Positions 19,601-29,453 of a DNA stretch of 42,116 bases are shown one piece after another; position 1 is the first letter of the stretch; the number at the start of each line of letters is the position of its first letter. The DNA is taken from the NCBI GenBank assembly GCA_038227875.1, contig JBBRPR010000070.1, positions 1-42,116 on the forward strand, in the 5' to 3' direction. The notes under the pieces are model-generated. The model was not told the origin of the DNA, searched no databases, and saw only the letters and a list, made by a program, of their open reading frames with translations. The stretch is from Planctomycetota bacterium (GTDB taxonomy: Bacteria > Planctomycetota > SZUA-567 > H5-PLA8). The position numbers and the translations under genes are program-made.

Positions 19601-20885
19601 GACCTGTGATCATCTGCGCGCTCAGTGCAATGAACGAGCCGACACCGGAATTCGCCGTCGGGTCGTACAGTTCAGCGCTGGTGTAGAAGACATTATTGGC
19701 GCTGACATCGGTGCCGCCCGCGATCAGCACGTTGTTGGTCGAGAGCAGCGTGGCGGTGAATTGCTGGCGCGCGGTGTTCATCGAACCGCTGACGGACCAG
19801 GTTCCCGTCGTTTCGTTGTAGCGCTCGGAAGTCCCCGCTGGCGCCAATTCGCCACCCATCACCAACACATCCGGATTAACCGCGGGCGTAGCCAGAAGCA
19901 CGGCGCGGGCATTGGTGCGCGCGGTGCCCATCGAGCCGGTCGGCGTGAAAGTGTTCGTGGCTGGATTGTAGAGGTCGGCGCTGAGCAGGAGTGATGAACC
20001 ATTGGTACCGCCAGCGAGCAGCACCAAGCCGTTGCCCATCAACACGGCGACGTGCCCCGAGCGCGGTGAGGACATGTTGTTCGCTGTCGGCGTCCAATTT
20101 CCGGTGGACGGATCGAACACTTCCGCCGTGTTCAGCGTGGAGGAGTTCATGCCGCCGGCGACGAGAATCTTGCCATTCGGCAGCAGTGTCGCGGTGTGAT
20201 CGGCGCGCGCGGTACCCATCGGATTGACCGACGACCAGCTCGGATCGATCGCGACCGGGAAATCCAATCCACGCAGGTCGGCGCTGAGCGTCAGGCGCGC
20301 CCGGCCGTTCAACATCGGTTCAAGATTCACATTCAAGCGGTCGCCACAACGCAGCACGCGGCCCTTGGCGTCCTTGCCTTCCGGCGCGCTGATCTGCATG
20401 CGCGGCATGTTGTGTGCATCGACGAAGGCCACCGCGCCGTTGCTCTGCACCAGCGGTCGGAGGTCGCCGATGCTCAGTTCCCACGACCAGGACGAACTGT
20501 CGACCGGCCGGCGCACGTACATGAATTCCTCGGTCTTGCCGGGCATCGAGCGGTAGGAGACGTCGCAGGAATCAAACCCGTTGGCGTAGATCAGCGAACC
20601 GTCTGGCGCTTGCGTCGCTTGGCTGGTTTGAGCATCCAAGGGACGGACGGAGACCTGCGCGCCGCCGGCGCTCACCGTCAATGTATCGTCGAAGCGCGCT
20701 GGGAATTTTGTCTCGACCGTTTGCGGAGCGTGTTTTGCTGCCGCGCTGGGGTAATAGCGCTGCAACGCCGACGCGGTCTCCGCGGCGGAGTGCTCCGTCT
20801 TCTGAAGCCTTGCCGTGAATCCGGCAACAATCAGGGCCGCCATTACCAGGATTGCCTTTGTTTTCATACTTCGAATTTCAAACAC
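16626..20885 (-). CDS. Giant secreted kelch-repeat protein with Ig-like, IPT/TIG, beta-helix, putative-Ig and Ca-binding motifs and a conserved C-terminal domain
   Basis: GGAGG RBS before GTG 20885, N-domain ending FPVAIDP, kelch repeats R..HTATLL.NGK.LV.GG...[29 protein letters not shown]...GTDP. Confidence 0.87.
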   Translation of the reverse strand: MFEIRSMKTKAILVMAALIVAGFTARLQKTEHSAAETASALQRYYPSAAAKHAPQTVETKFPARFDDTLTVSAGGAQVSVRPLDAQTSQATQAPDGSLIYANGFDSCDVSYRSMPGKTEEFMYVRRPVDSSSWSWELSIGDLRPLVQSNGAVAFVDAHNMPRMQISAPEGKDAKGRVLRCGDRLNVNLEPMLNGRARLTLSADLRGLDFPVAIDPSWSSVNPMGTARADHTATLLPNGKILVAGGMNSSTLNTAEVFDPSTGNWTPTANNMSSPRSGHVAVLMGNGLVLLAGGTNGSSLLLSADLYNPATNTFTPTGSMGTARTNARAVLLATPAVNPDVLVMGGELAPAGTSERYNETTGTWSVSGSMNTARQQFTATLLSTNNVLIAGGTDVSANNVFYTSAELYDPTANSGVGSFIALSAQMITGRFRHQAVVVNGGANVLMIGGFNNGLFPSTELYSVAGNTFLPTGSMTKARTEHRIGMLSNGKVLAVGCHDGSFAQVDLYDPVSGGTWGLTGSTLTPHTRHQLTSLADGRILVTGGFVGGFSSAVEIYDPKSEPVSTPIAANASNPLAITLQSVTIDDAGVTFPGASITNPTHGVISGTAPNLVYTSTPGYSGPDSFTFKSQDTFGLSKTGTISITVNSLVPTISFTSPDAAIAGSAGAFMLTVNGTNFVTSSKVNWNGSVRPTTFVSTTQLTATISASDVATAGTANVTVVNTAPGGGTSIAQPFTILGGALGQWIVTTTADSGAGSLRMALNDARSGDSILFDTTVFNLVNSNAATVINVLSQLPDMNKGNVTIDASNVRVTVNGSGAGSANGLQLVSNSNTVQGLTLVGFTKDGIYVTGNSNIIGGSRALPAAGPGPNGQGLRIAGNGAFGIEVAGGSSNIVKGCWIGLDASGSSSQPNLAGILIQQSGSNNQVGSTLADEANVISGNLYEGVTVSGAGTNNNLVMGNIVGASALITAGRSINVGTRDSGDLSDTLGGRSSAGNGSAGIFLSKGTNGTQVGGDTGQGNAIGYNGGNGVEVRATTSKFNSSKHNGISSNKKGGIALFDGSNNGIKPPIFDLVYRTGTGGRATGDSVGIHVEGHAAVDGAVEVFNDLEDQGGSLLGRSSCIGGIWKIDTTSSASMNLTATLTDTAGNTSTFSLFGPAPAFPTPVITSPLTVSAIAGISFAYTITATGTQPITFQAANLPDGLTLNGNLISGTPTTAGTYMVHITATNSAGTVSSTLVIAVVSSFTMDSDGDGVPDFLETLAGTDPNDATSAPVNSPLSVDKAQIKVVPTGSGDFIAVTLRFTLPSGTPALGGTATVQIGNVIKSNLTFGGPTKAPRSSTTLVVKTSTKGSSSVVVTFGVRGENLKAGLTTFGLTDITTPATGTSVTLPMAVALKTTTATYVAGSVVKLNYKSKKGKGGTAKK

Positions 20886-20922
20886 GCAGTCGTCCTCCGT
20901 AGAACATCATTGGAAATTGAAA

Positions 20923-23900
20923 TTATCGCGTCGCGCTGCCGGACTTACCCTGGGTCGCCTTGTATTTCAATGCCGCGTCGCCGCCGCAGTAGAACGTGCC
21001 GGAATCGGTCTTCATCGTCACCACCACCGGCACATGAACCGTGGTCGAGACCGTCGCATTGATCAGCCCGTTGGCCGCCAACGCGTCTTTGAAATTCGAA
21101 TTCTTCACCGTCAACGTCACAAAGAACGACGAGGAACCTTTCACCGCCGCTTTGATGGCGATGGCGGCGCTGGGTCCCGCGGGACCCTTTGCGCGAGGCA
21201 ATTTGAGCTTGGAAGCCGCGGTCATGTTGGCGAAGCTCGCTGCGCCAAATTGCACGCTGACCACCGCGTTCTGAGCGCTCGTGCCATCCGGCAGCGTCAG
21301 CGTGAACATCGCACTCAGTGCATCCCCGCTGGCGACGGCAAAATTCAGCTTCACGGCTGCCTTATCGACTGAGAGCGCCTGCAGCGGCGACGAGACAATC
21401 ACGAGGTCGATTGAATCAGTGCCGAACGCGTTGCTCGCCGTGACGTGAACCACGAACGTGCCCGAGCCGAATGTCGCGCCGGTGATCGTGTCGCCGCTGA
21501 GCGTCAAGCCGACGGGAAGATTGGTGGCGTCGAAGACGATCGGCTGGTCGCCGGTCGCCGTGATTGCGTACGAGAATGGCGCACCGACGGCGGTTTCAGC
21601 CGTCAGCGGACTGGTGATCAGCGGAGAAACGCCGGTGACCGCGGGTGCTGCCGCAACAGTAATGGTGGGTCCGGTTCCTGTAATCCCGCCCGCGTCGCTG
21701 GCGCTCACGACGTAGGTCACCGCGCCGGAGGGACTCGTCGAGAGCACCACCGTCGCCATGCCGGCGTTATTGGTGTCGCTGGTGGGCGTGGAGAGAAATC
21801 CGTTCGCGCCGGTCAGAGACCAGGTCACGGTCGTTCCAGAAGTCGTGACGGCATTGCCGCTGGCATCGATTAGCTGGGCACTTACGCGCACCGCAGTGCC
21901 GGCGCTGACGGACGTGCTGCTGGCACTGACGACGTACTTCGCCGCCGGGCCGCTGAGCGTACTAATAAGGGGTGAAACTCCAGTGGACGCGCCCGTGGTC
22001 GCCGACACCGTTCCGGAAGTTCCCGAGATCGTCGTTGCCGTGAGCAGAACCGTGGCAACGCCCGCCGCATTGGTCAGGCTGGTTGGCGTCGCAAGATTGC
22101 CGATGGCGCCAGTCGGAGTCCACGTCACAACCTGTCCGGCGGTGGCGACGGCATTGCCGTTGATGTCGACGAGTTGCGCCGAGACGGTCACCGCACCGCC
22201 CACCACGGGAGACGTGGTACTGACGCTGACGGTGTACGCCGACGCCGCGCCGGTCTGCGACGTAAACGTCGCGGCCGTTCCAGTGATCGCCAGGCCGTCC
22301 GTCGCCGTCAGATTGTACGCTACATTGGCCTTGGGTCCGGTGGTGAAATTCACGCTGACCTGACCCGACGCGTTGGAGGTGCTCGTCCCCTGCGCGAACG
22401 CGCCGCTGGCGTCGGAGCTCCAGATGATCACGATCCCCGGCGTGGCGACGTTGTTCCCGTTCACATCTTTAATCTGTCCGGAAACGGCCACCGTGCCACC
22501 CGCGACCGGGTTGGTCGGCGTGACAATCAACGGACATTGCACCGCTGTGCCGGCGATGCTGGTAAACGAAACCGATCCGACGTGCGCGCCTTCGGTGGCT
22601 TTGACGGTGTAGAGCGTGCCGGCCGTGGTGGAGGTCGTGTACGTCACCGTCGCCAATCCGGAAACGGTATTGCTGCTGAGACTGGAGAAACTTCCGCCGA
22701 CGCCGGCCGTGAGGCTCCAGTTCACTACCAGTCCGCTGGTCGTCAGTGCGTTGCCAAAGGAATCGGTCAGCTGCGCGTTGACCGTGACGCCGCTGCCGGC
22801 AACTGGCAATGAAGTGCTGGCGGTGACGATGTACTTGTTGGCCGGGCCGGGATTGACGGTGATCGTTCCCGTGCTGCCCGTGTTGGTTCCGTCTGTCGAG
22901 GTGAGGACCAGGCTACCCGCGGTGGTGCTGGCGGTGAAATTTACGGAGGCCAGGCCGGAGCCATTCGTCACGGAGGTCGGGCTGGTGAACGTACCGCCAA
23001 CGCCGGAGGTGCCCCACGTCACCGTCTTCACCTGCGAAACCGGATTGTTATACGTATCGGACAATTGCGCGGTCACGGCATTGCCGGCGCTGCCGACGGT
23101 CATGGAACTGGCCGCGGTCATCACGTATTTCACCGGGACGTCTGCTTGAGACGTGATGTTGATGAAGCCCGTGTGCGGCACCGTGTCCGTGGCCGTAATC
23201 GCGCTCAACCCGGCGCTGGTGCTGGGCGTAAAGGTCAGCGAGCAGTGTCCGGACGAATCGGTCGTGGTGGGACTGGTGGTGAACGTGCCGCCCTTGCCGG
23301 GGGCCGTCCACGTCACCACCAAGCCGGAAGTCGGAACGGGGTTGTTCAATGCGTCCGAGAGCTGCGCGTCGGCGGTGATGGCCGTGTTGACCGTCGGCGT
23401 CGTCGATGAAACCGTCACGATGTACTTCGTCGCCGGACCGGGATTGTTGACAATCAAGAGCGTGCCGTTGGCCGTGCCGTCGGTGGCCGTGACGGTGATG
23501 CTGCCGGACGTGTTGCTCGTTTTGAAACTTACCGAAACATTGCCGCTGGCGTTGGTCAACTGCGCCGTGGACGGCGTAAACGTGCCGCCGGGAGCGCTGG
23601 CCGAAAACGTGACGCTCTGCCCAGCCTGCGGGAGCGCCGTGCCGCCGCCGTCTGCCAACTGCGCCGTCAAGGTGATCGTCTGCCCCACAGTATAGGGTCC
23701 GGCCGGAACAGCCGTAACCAGGTACTGAGCAAACTTGGTCGTGATCGCTGCGCTGGTGCTTGTATACGGAGCATCGGTGGCCGTGACGGTTTCCGTGAGT
23801 CCGGCGGTCGTCGATGAAGTGAACGTCACCGATGCGAAACCCGCCACGGTGGTGCTGGTCGGCGAACCGAACGTCGCGCCCGAGGCGCCGTTGCTGTGCG

Positions 23901-25371
23901 ACCACGTGATCGTGCGCACGGCCGAAACGTTATTGTTGTACTGATCGACCAGCTGCGCGCTGACGGTCACCGGATTTCCCGCAACCGGATTGGTCGTCGA
24001 GAGTCCCAGCGTGTAGTTCGTCGCCGGACCGGCGACCGTGGTGATGCTTGAGGAAGTTCCCGTCAGCGTGCTGCTCGTGGCGGTGAACGTGTACGTCCGT
24101 CCCGAAACCGTATCCGTGGTGAAGGTGACGGTGGCGATGCCGTTGGCGTCGGTACGCGTCGAAGCACTGGCGAATGCGCCGAGAGTGCCGGTCTTGCTCC
24201 AACTGACCAGCATGCCCGGCACTTTAATCGCCGTGTTGGTCGAATCGCGCAATTGAGCGGAGACGGTGACCACAGCGCCGGCCGCCGGCGACGGCACGCC
24301 GGTGCCTGTCACGGTGACCTGAAAGTTGCTGACGGAGCGATTGACCGCGCCCTGATTGATCCAGTCGCGAATGATCTGCTGCTCGGCGGCGTTCAGGTAC
24401 GGCCCGCCCTGCGGCATGCGCACGCCACCGCCGGGCGGCGTGCCTTCGTGAGCTTTGCGGAAGATGTAGCTGGTGCCGGCGTCGGACGGATTAAAATACT
24501 TCAACCCCGACGAAACACCCACAACGTTGACGGTGTTACCGTAGCTCGTCCCCGGATCGTAATAGGGCGTCTGTCCGCCGCTGGTATGACAGCCCGTGCA
24601 CTTGCCGAAGATCGTTTGAATACGGTTGTAGTCCAGGAAATACGGAACGGGCGTGGTCTCGACATCGTTGCCCGAAGGATTCGCCACACACGTCGTAGCA
24701 GGAAGTGCGGTGCCCGAGAACGTGCCGTCATTTCCGGAAATCACGTAGGTGGTCATGCTGGCGCCAGCGGTGAACGTGACCGTGGCCACGCCCGATCCGA
24801 TCGTCGTGGAAGTCCCTGAACCGAACGCGCCACCCGAGCCGGTCTTCGACCACGTCACCGTTCGGCCAGAGGTGCCGACGGGATTGTTGTTGGCGTCGGC
24901 GAGTTGCGCCGTCACTGTCGTGCCACCTGACAGCACGGGCTCGTAATTGGAAAGCGTGACCAGATACTTCGTCGCCACTCCCGCGGCGGCGATGCTCGTA
25001 ATCGTGTTCGACGTGGCCGAATAACCGCCGCCCGAAGCCGTCACGGTGCACGATTGACCCGCGCTGGCCGGAACGGTCAGCGTTGCTGTCGCGTAGCCCA
25101 GCGCGTTCGTTGACGACGACGCGGTGATGCCATAAGCGCCGTTGGAGACCGACCAGTTCACAGTAATCGCGGTAAAAGTTGTGTAGGAGCTATCGTTGAC
25201 CGGCAGGCCCTTGGCATCTGCGAATTGAGCGGTGACGGTGATCGTGCGGGACTGCACGGGCGCGTAGGAATCCGCATAAATGTTCAGCTGCGTTCCCAAC
25301 GTAGCGCCAAACGCCGACTGCGCCGCGAGAGCACAAAATAACACGAAGCCCGTGGACCACAGGGTTCTCAT
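20923..25371 (-). CDS. Invasin/intimin-type Ig-repeat surface protein with an embedded c-type cytochrome domain and a conserved C-terminal domain
   Basis: Signal peptide; about 12 ~100-aa repeats (VTAQL.D..NNPV...V.W....T...G.A.VTFT); CTGCH...RMP.GG.YL...I.DWI.QGA. Lies 37 bp upstream of the kelch gene. Confidence 0.87.
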   Translation of the reverse strand: MRTLWSTGFVLFCALAAQSAFGATLGTQLNIYADSYAPVQSRTITVTAQFADAKGLPVNDSSYTTFTAITVNWSVSNGAYGITASSSTNALGYATATLTVPASAGQSCTVTASGGGYSATSNTITSIAAAGVATKYLVTLSNYEPVLSGGTTVTAQLADANNNPVGTSGRTVTWSKTGSGGAFGSGTSTTIGSGVATVTFTAGASMTTYVISGNDGTFSGTALPATTCVANPSGNDVETTPVPYFLDYNRIQTIFGKCTGCHTSGGQTPYYDPGTSYGNTVNVVGVSSGLKYFNPSDAGTSYIFRKAHEGTPPGGGVRMPQGGPYLNAAEQQIIRDWINQGAVNRSVSNFQVTVTGTGVPSPAAGAVVTVSAQLRDSTNTAIKVPGMLVSWSKTGTLGAFASASTRTDANGIATVTFTTDTVSGRTYTFTATSSTLTGTSSSITTVAGPATNYTLGLSTTNPVAGNPVTVSAQLVDQYNNNVSAVRTITWSHSNGASGATFGSPTSTTVAGFASVTFTSSTTAGLTETVTATDAPYTSTSAAITTKFAQYLVTAVPAGPYTVGQTITLTAQLADGGGTALPQAGQSVTFSASAPGGTFTPSTAQLTNASGNVSVSFKTSNTSGSITVTATDGTANGTLLIVNNPGPATKYIVTVSSTTPTVNTAITADAQLSDALNNPVPTSGLVVTWTAPGKGGTFTTSPTTTDSSGHCSLTFTPSTSAGLSAITATDTVPHTGFINITSQADVPVKYVMTAASSMTVGSAGNAVTAQLSDTYNNPVSQVKTVTWGTSGVGGTFTSPTSVTNGSGLASVNFTASTTAGSLVLTSTDGTNTGSTGTITVNPGPANKYIVTASTSLPVAGSGVTVNAQLTDSFGNALTTSGLVVNWSLTAGVGGSFSSLSSNTVSGLATVTYTTSTTAGTLYTVKATEGAHVGSVSFTSIAGTAVQCPLIVTPTNPVAGGTVAVSGQIKDVNGNNVATPGIVIIWSSDASGAFAQGTSTSNASGQVSVNFTTGPKANVAYNLTATDGLAITGTAATFTSQTGAASAYTVSVSTTSPVVGGAVTVSAQLVDINGNAVATAGQVVTWTPTGAIGNLATPTSLTNAAGVATVLLTATTISGTSGTVSATTGASTGVSPLISTLSGPAAKYVVSASSTSVSAGTAVRVSAQLIDASGNAVTTSGTTVTWSLTGANGFLSTPTSDTNNAGMATVVLSTSPSGAVTYVVSASDAGGITGTGPTITVAAAPAVTGVSPLITSPLTAETAVGAPFSYAITATGDQPIVFDATNLPVGLTLSGDTITGATFGSGTFVVHVTASNAFGTDSIDLVIVSSPLQALSVDKAAVKLNFAVASGDALSAMFTLTLPDGTSAQNAVVSVQFGAASFANMTAASKLKLPRAKGPAGPSAAIAIKAAVKGSSSFFVTLTVKNSNFKDALAANGLINATVSTTVHVPVVVTMKTDSGTFYCGGDAALKYKATQGKSGSATR

Positions 25372-25561
25372 AAATCGTTATTCCCCGAACGCGGCAAATC
25401 CGCGAAACGCTTTTACGTTAGTTGTTTGTGATCGCAGGGCACATCGTGGTTACTATTTAGCAAAGCTGTCAATTATTCCAACTTAATTCTTCCTATCAAA
25501 ATACTAATTCCGATCCGGCCATTCTTGCTGGGTGGTGGCGTCTGAACGGTATTTTTAACAG

Positions 25562-26044
25562 TTACATATCTGTGTTGGTGTGGCAGGACCCCAGGCCGCG
25601 CTTCATCAGATACTTCTGATGGTAATCTTCCGCCGGATAGAACTTCGCTGCCGGAACAATCTGCGTGACAATCGGCTTCTTAAATTTGCCCGACGCGTCC
25701 CAGCGTTTCTTCGCGACTTCAGCTTGAGCCTGCTGCTCCGGTGAATGGAAGAACACCACGGAACGGTACTGCGTACCCATATCCGGACCTTGCCGATTGA
25801 GCGTCGTGGGATTGTGGCTGACGAAAAATATGTCCAGGAGTTTGTCGAAGGCAATCAACGCCGGATCGAAGTCAATCTGCACCACCTCCGCATGGCCACT
25901 CCCGTCAGTACAAACATCTTCGTACGTGGGATTTTCGAGCGCGCCGCCCTCGTATCCAACGGCCGTCGCCGTCACGCCCTTGAGCTTGCGGAACGTCTCC
26001 TCCACACCCCAGAAACAGCCCGCGCCGAACGTCGCCTGTGCCAT
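25562..26044 (-). CDS. msrA: Peptide-methionine (S)-S-oxide reductase
   Basis: [30 protein letters not shown]. Confidence 0.97.
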   Translation of the reverse strand: MAQATFGAGCFWGVEETFRKLKGVTATAVGYEGGALENPTYEDVCTDGSGHAEVVQIDFDPALIAFDKLLDIFFVSHNPTTLNRQGPDMGTQYRSVVFFHSPEQQAQAEVAKKRWDASGKFKKPIVTQIVPAAKFYPAEDYHQKYLMKRGLGSCHTNTDM

Positions 26045-26246
26045 CGCTCGATCCTCCCAATGTCAGGTGCCTATCACGACAAGCCATATATGTAAAGGCA
26101 CAGCGTAAATGTTCCCAGAAGTCCGCGCCTGTATTAATTAACTCGACGAGTACCTGCCACTTGCTTTGTACCTCATCCCGCCGTTACTATGTTAACGGGT
26201 GCTCAGAGGGCGAACTGGCCCACCGCACTCCACTGGGAAACTTACA

Positions 26247-26600
26247 ATGAAGACCGTACTGATTGTCGAAGACGACGATGCAACGCGAATCCTGCTCTCG
26301 CGGCTCGTTGCCGCACAAGGCTACCAGGAATACGCCGTTGCGTCGTGCGATGAGGGTCTGGCGATCATGGCCACGACGCCCGTCGATTTCATCATCATGG
26401 ATTATTTCGTGCCCGGCACCGATCCTGGAAAGTTCGTGGAGAAAGTCAAAGAGCGTAACCCTTCCGCGCGGGTGATCCTCACCTCGCGCGATCCGCAGGT
26501 CCAGAAGCTTTCTCAAGTCCTGCGCGTCGATGCGTGGCTGGGCAAGCCCGTCCAGCCAGACGAGTTAATCAAGCAACTCGCGCGATTCGGCATCCGCTAA
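26247..26600 (+). CDS. Single-domain response regulator
   Basis: VLIVEDD, IIMD (phospho-Asp), ILTS, KP. Confidence 0.9.
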   Translation: MKTVLIVEDDDATRILLSRLVAAQGYQEYAVASCDEGLAIMATTPVDFIIMDYFVPGTDPGKFVEKVKERNPSARVILTSRDPQVQKLSQVLRVDAWLGKPVQPDELIKQLARFGIR

Positions 26601-26693
26601 ACGACATAAATTTTGACGCCCTATCTGAAATCTGTTATCGTAAAGCTATTCTTGTCATTGATTAAACCAGAGACTTACGGGATACCATTCCAC

Positions 26694-28883
26694 ATGCCTG
26701 TTTTTTACTTTTATGCTGTTATACGTCGCTTTTTTCGGTGCACAGAGCGGCATAGTCAGAGTTCCTCACTGCCAACTGCACTCGCCTGCGGCCTGGCAGC
26801 GCTTTTTGCTGCGACCGCCGGAATGAGTTTCGCAGAAGAGGTGGTCCAGTCGCCCAAGGACGCTAAAGCACCAGCCGCCACGCCAACACCGGCCCCGACG
26901 CCCGCGCCAGCCAAGGAGCCAGCCAAGGAGCCAGCCAAGCCCAGCTCGGGATCCAAGGATCTCACCAACCTCTCGCTGGAAGAACTGCTCAACATCAACG
27001 TCACTTCTGTCTCGAAGCGTCCGGAACATCTCGCTTCCGCGCCTGCGGCTGTGTACGTGCTGACCAACGAAGACATCCGGCGCTCCGGAGCCACCAGCGT
27101 GCCTGAAGCGCTGCGTGCCGTCCCCGGCCTGAATGTGGCGCGTGCCGACGCACACACTTGGGCCATCAGTTCCCGCGGCTTCAACGATGTCTTTGCCAAC
27201 AAACTTCTGGTGCTGATGGACGGCCGGGCGGTCTACACGCCGCTGTTCTCCGGTGTCTTCTGGGACGTTCAGGGCACGATGCTCGAAGACATCGACCGCG
27301 TGGAAGTGATCCGCGGACCCGGCGCGACACTGTGGGGCGCCAACGCCGTCAACGGCGTGATCAACATCATCACCAAAAGCCCCAAGGACACCGTCGGCGG
27401 GATTACCTCGGTCACCGGCGGCACCGTGGCGCAGGGTTTCGCGGACATCCGCTACGGCGCGCAGGTCACCAAAGACGCCTGGATCCGCGGCTACGCCACG
27501 TTCACCAACACCGGCGCATCGGAACTTCCCAACGGCGACCGCGCCAACGACCGCTGGTACCAGGGTCACGCTGGTTTCCGCGGACTGTGGGAACCTTCGA
27601 TGGTCGATTCGGTCAACGTGCAAGGCGATGTCTACGCCGGCAGAAACAACGAGGCCTACCAGGTTCCCAACCTCTTTACGGCCACTGTGGATACCGACAA
27701 GCACCTCGACGAGGTCTCCGGCGGAAACGTGCTGGCGCGCTGGTCGCACGGCAAAAAGGAAGAGGCCAACTTTTCCCTGCAGACCTTCATCGATTACACC
27801 GACCGCCAGAACCTGGTTGTCCACGAAACCCGCGAGACCTACGACCTCGATTTCCAGTACAACGTGCCGGTCAACGACCGCAATCGCATCGTTTTCGGAA
27901 TGGATTACCGTCTCACCGCCGACTATTGTCCCCCACGTCCCGTCGTCCAATTGGAACCCCGGCACAATACTTTGGGCCTGGTCAGCGGCTTCGCGCAGGA
28001 TGAATTGAGAGTTCTCAAAGAGCTCACGTTCACGGTCGGATCGAAATTCGAATACAACACCTACACCCACTTCGAATACGAGCCCAGCGCGCGCGTGGCG
28101 TGGACTCCCGCCGCCAAGCAGACCGTGTGGGCAGCCGTCTCCCGCTCCATTCATACGCCTTCGCGCGGCGAACGGGATTCGACGATCGAAACGAACCTGC
28201 TTCCGCCCGGCGCCATCGCCCCCGGCGCGCCGGAGACGCTGGTGAACATCCAGGGCAGCCGCCACGTCGGTTCGGAAGTTCAGATCTCCGGCGAAGTAGG
28301 CTACCGCGTCGAACCGCTCTCGCGCCTGTCGCTGGACCTCGCCGGGTTCTTCAGTCACTACAACAGTCTGCGCACCTTGGATCCTGAAGCGCCGGTGCCG
28401 CAAACCTCACCTGTCCCGCATCTGGTGCTCAACAATATTCTCGGCAACAACATGGAGGGCGTCACCTACGGCGGCGAATTGGTCGTCAACGGTCGGCCCA
28501 CGGATTGGTGGCGCATCCAGGCCACGTACACCAATCTGGAAATCGCTCTGGATACCACCGGTGGCGGATTCGCCAGAAACCTCGGCGCTGAAACAGAAAG
28601 CCCGCGCCACCAGGCTGGGTTGCGTTCGTCATTCGATCTGCCGGAGCATGTCCAGCTCGATGCCACACTGCGCTACGTCGGGCGGCTCGAAAGTCTGGGC
28701 GTGCCCGCCTACACCACCGGCGATTTGCGCGTCGGCTGGGCTCCGACTTCGCGCCTGGACGTTTCGCTGTGCGGACAGAATTTATTCCAGCAACGCCATC
28801 TGGAATTCAAAGCCGGTGGCGTGGTGACGCAACCGACGGAAGTGGAGCGCAGCGTCTATCTGAAGGTGACGCTGAAATTTTGA
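26694..28883 (+). CDS. TonB-dependent receptor
   Basis: DLTNLSLEELLNINVTSVSK plug, RVEVIRGPGATLWGANAVNGVINIITK, C-terminal Phe (YLKVTLKF). The start is uncertain. Confidence 0.93.
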   Translation: MPVFYFYAVIRRFFRCTERHSQSSSLPTALACGLAALFAATAGMSFAEEVVQSPKDAKAPAATPTPAPTPAPAKEPAKEPAKPSSGSKDLTNLSLEELLNINVTSVSKRPEHLASAPAAVYVLTNEDIRRSGATSVPEALRAVPGLNVARADAHTWAISSRGFNDVFANKLLVLMDGRAVYTPLFSGVFWDVQGTMLEDIDRVEVIRGPGATLWGANAVNGVINIITKSPKDTVGGITSVTGGTVAQGFADIRYGAQVTKDAWIRGYATFTNTGASELPNGDRANDRWYQGHAGFRGLWEPSMVDSVNVQGDVYAGRNNEAYQVPNLFTATVDTDKHLDEVSGGNVLARWSHGKKEEANFSLQTFIDYTDRQNLVVHETRETYDLDFQYNVPVNDRNRIVFGMDYRLTADYCPPRPVVQLEPRHNTLGLVSGFAQDELRVLKELTFTVGSKFEYNTYTHFEYEPSARVAWTPAAKQTVWAAVSRSIHTPSRGERDSTIETNLLPPGAIAPGAPETLVNIQGSRHVGSEVQISGEVGYRVEPLSRLSLDLAGFFSHYNSLRTLDPEAPVPQTSPVPHLVLNNILGNNMEGVTYGGELVVNGRPTDWWRIQATYTNLEIALDTTGGGFARNLGAETESPRHQAGLRSSFDLPEHVQLDATLRYVGRLESLGVPAYTTGDLRVGWAPTSRLDVSLCGQNLFQQRHLEFKAGGVVTQPTEVERSVYLKVTLKF

Positions 28884-29449
28884 TGAAATTCTGCCGCATT
28901 CCCTCAAGAAGTCCCCTCTTGGCCGCTGCCTTGCTTTTGGCAGTGCTTGGGGCAGGCTGCACTTTTTGCAGGGCCGGCGATTCCCCGAGTCTGGAGTCTA
29001 AAGTTAAAGCGGCGTGTATTCTGAACTTCATCCGCTTTACCGAATGGCCGTCCACCGACTCCAAAACGGAGATCGTTGTCGGTCTGCTTGGCGACGACCC
29101 CTATGAGGGCGCGTTGGAACAGATTCTCAGCGGCCAAAACGTCGGCGGCCGTAAGATCATCGTCCGGCATTATTCGTCGTCGAGCGATGTGAAGGGCGCA
29201 CAGGTGATCGTTGTGGGCATCACGGACGGCAAAACCAGTCAGGATGCGCTGGAGCAGGTCAAAAATCAGCCGACATTAACCATTGGAGAATCGTCGGCGT
29301 TTCTCGATGAAGGCGGTATGATCCGTTTACTGAAAGAAGATGGAAAAGTCCGGTTTGAAATCAATACGAGCCCGGCAAAGTTTTCGCACCTGACCATCAG
29401 CTCCAAACTTCTGTCCCTCGCCAAAGGGTACCACCCGAAGGGAGATTAG
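28883..29449 (+). CDS. YfiR/HmsC-like (DUF4154) periplasmic protein
   Basis: ESKVKAACILNFIRFTEWP...LTIGE...GGMI...KVRFEIN...ISSKLLSLA; ATG overlaps the receptor stop (TGATG). Confidence 0.9.
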   Translation: MKFCRIPSRSPLLAAALLLAVLGAGCTFCRAGDSPSLESKVKAACILNFIRFTEWPSTDSKTEIVVGLLGDDPYEGALEQILSGQNVGGRKIIVRHYSSSSDVKGAQVIVVGITDGKTSQDALEQVKNQPTLTIGESSAFLDEGGMIRLLKEDGKVRFEINTSPAKFSHLTISSKLLSLAKGYHPKGD

Positions 29450-29453
29450 CGCC

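Noticed and set aside
17229..19994. 921-aa plus-strand ORF
   Set aside because: Antisense shadow of the kelch gene; Arg/Ala-rich with no motifs, typical of high-GC codon bias.
25385..25420. GGCAAATCCGCGAAACGC, resembling the start of a c-di-GMP-I riboswitch
   Set aside because: Wrong strand for the downstream gene, and it lacks the GCAAAG and P2 elements.
26906..26939. 12-bp tandem repeat (PAKE) in the TBDR
   Set aside because: In-frame low-complexity linker; it cannot cause phase variation.
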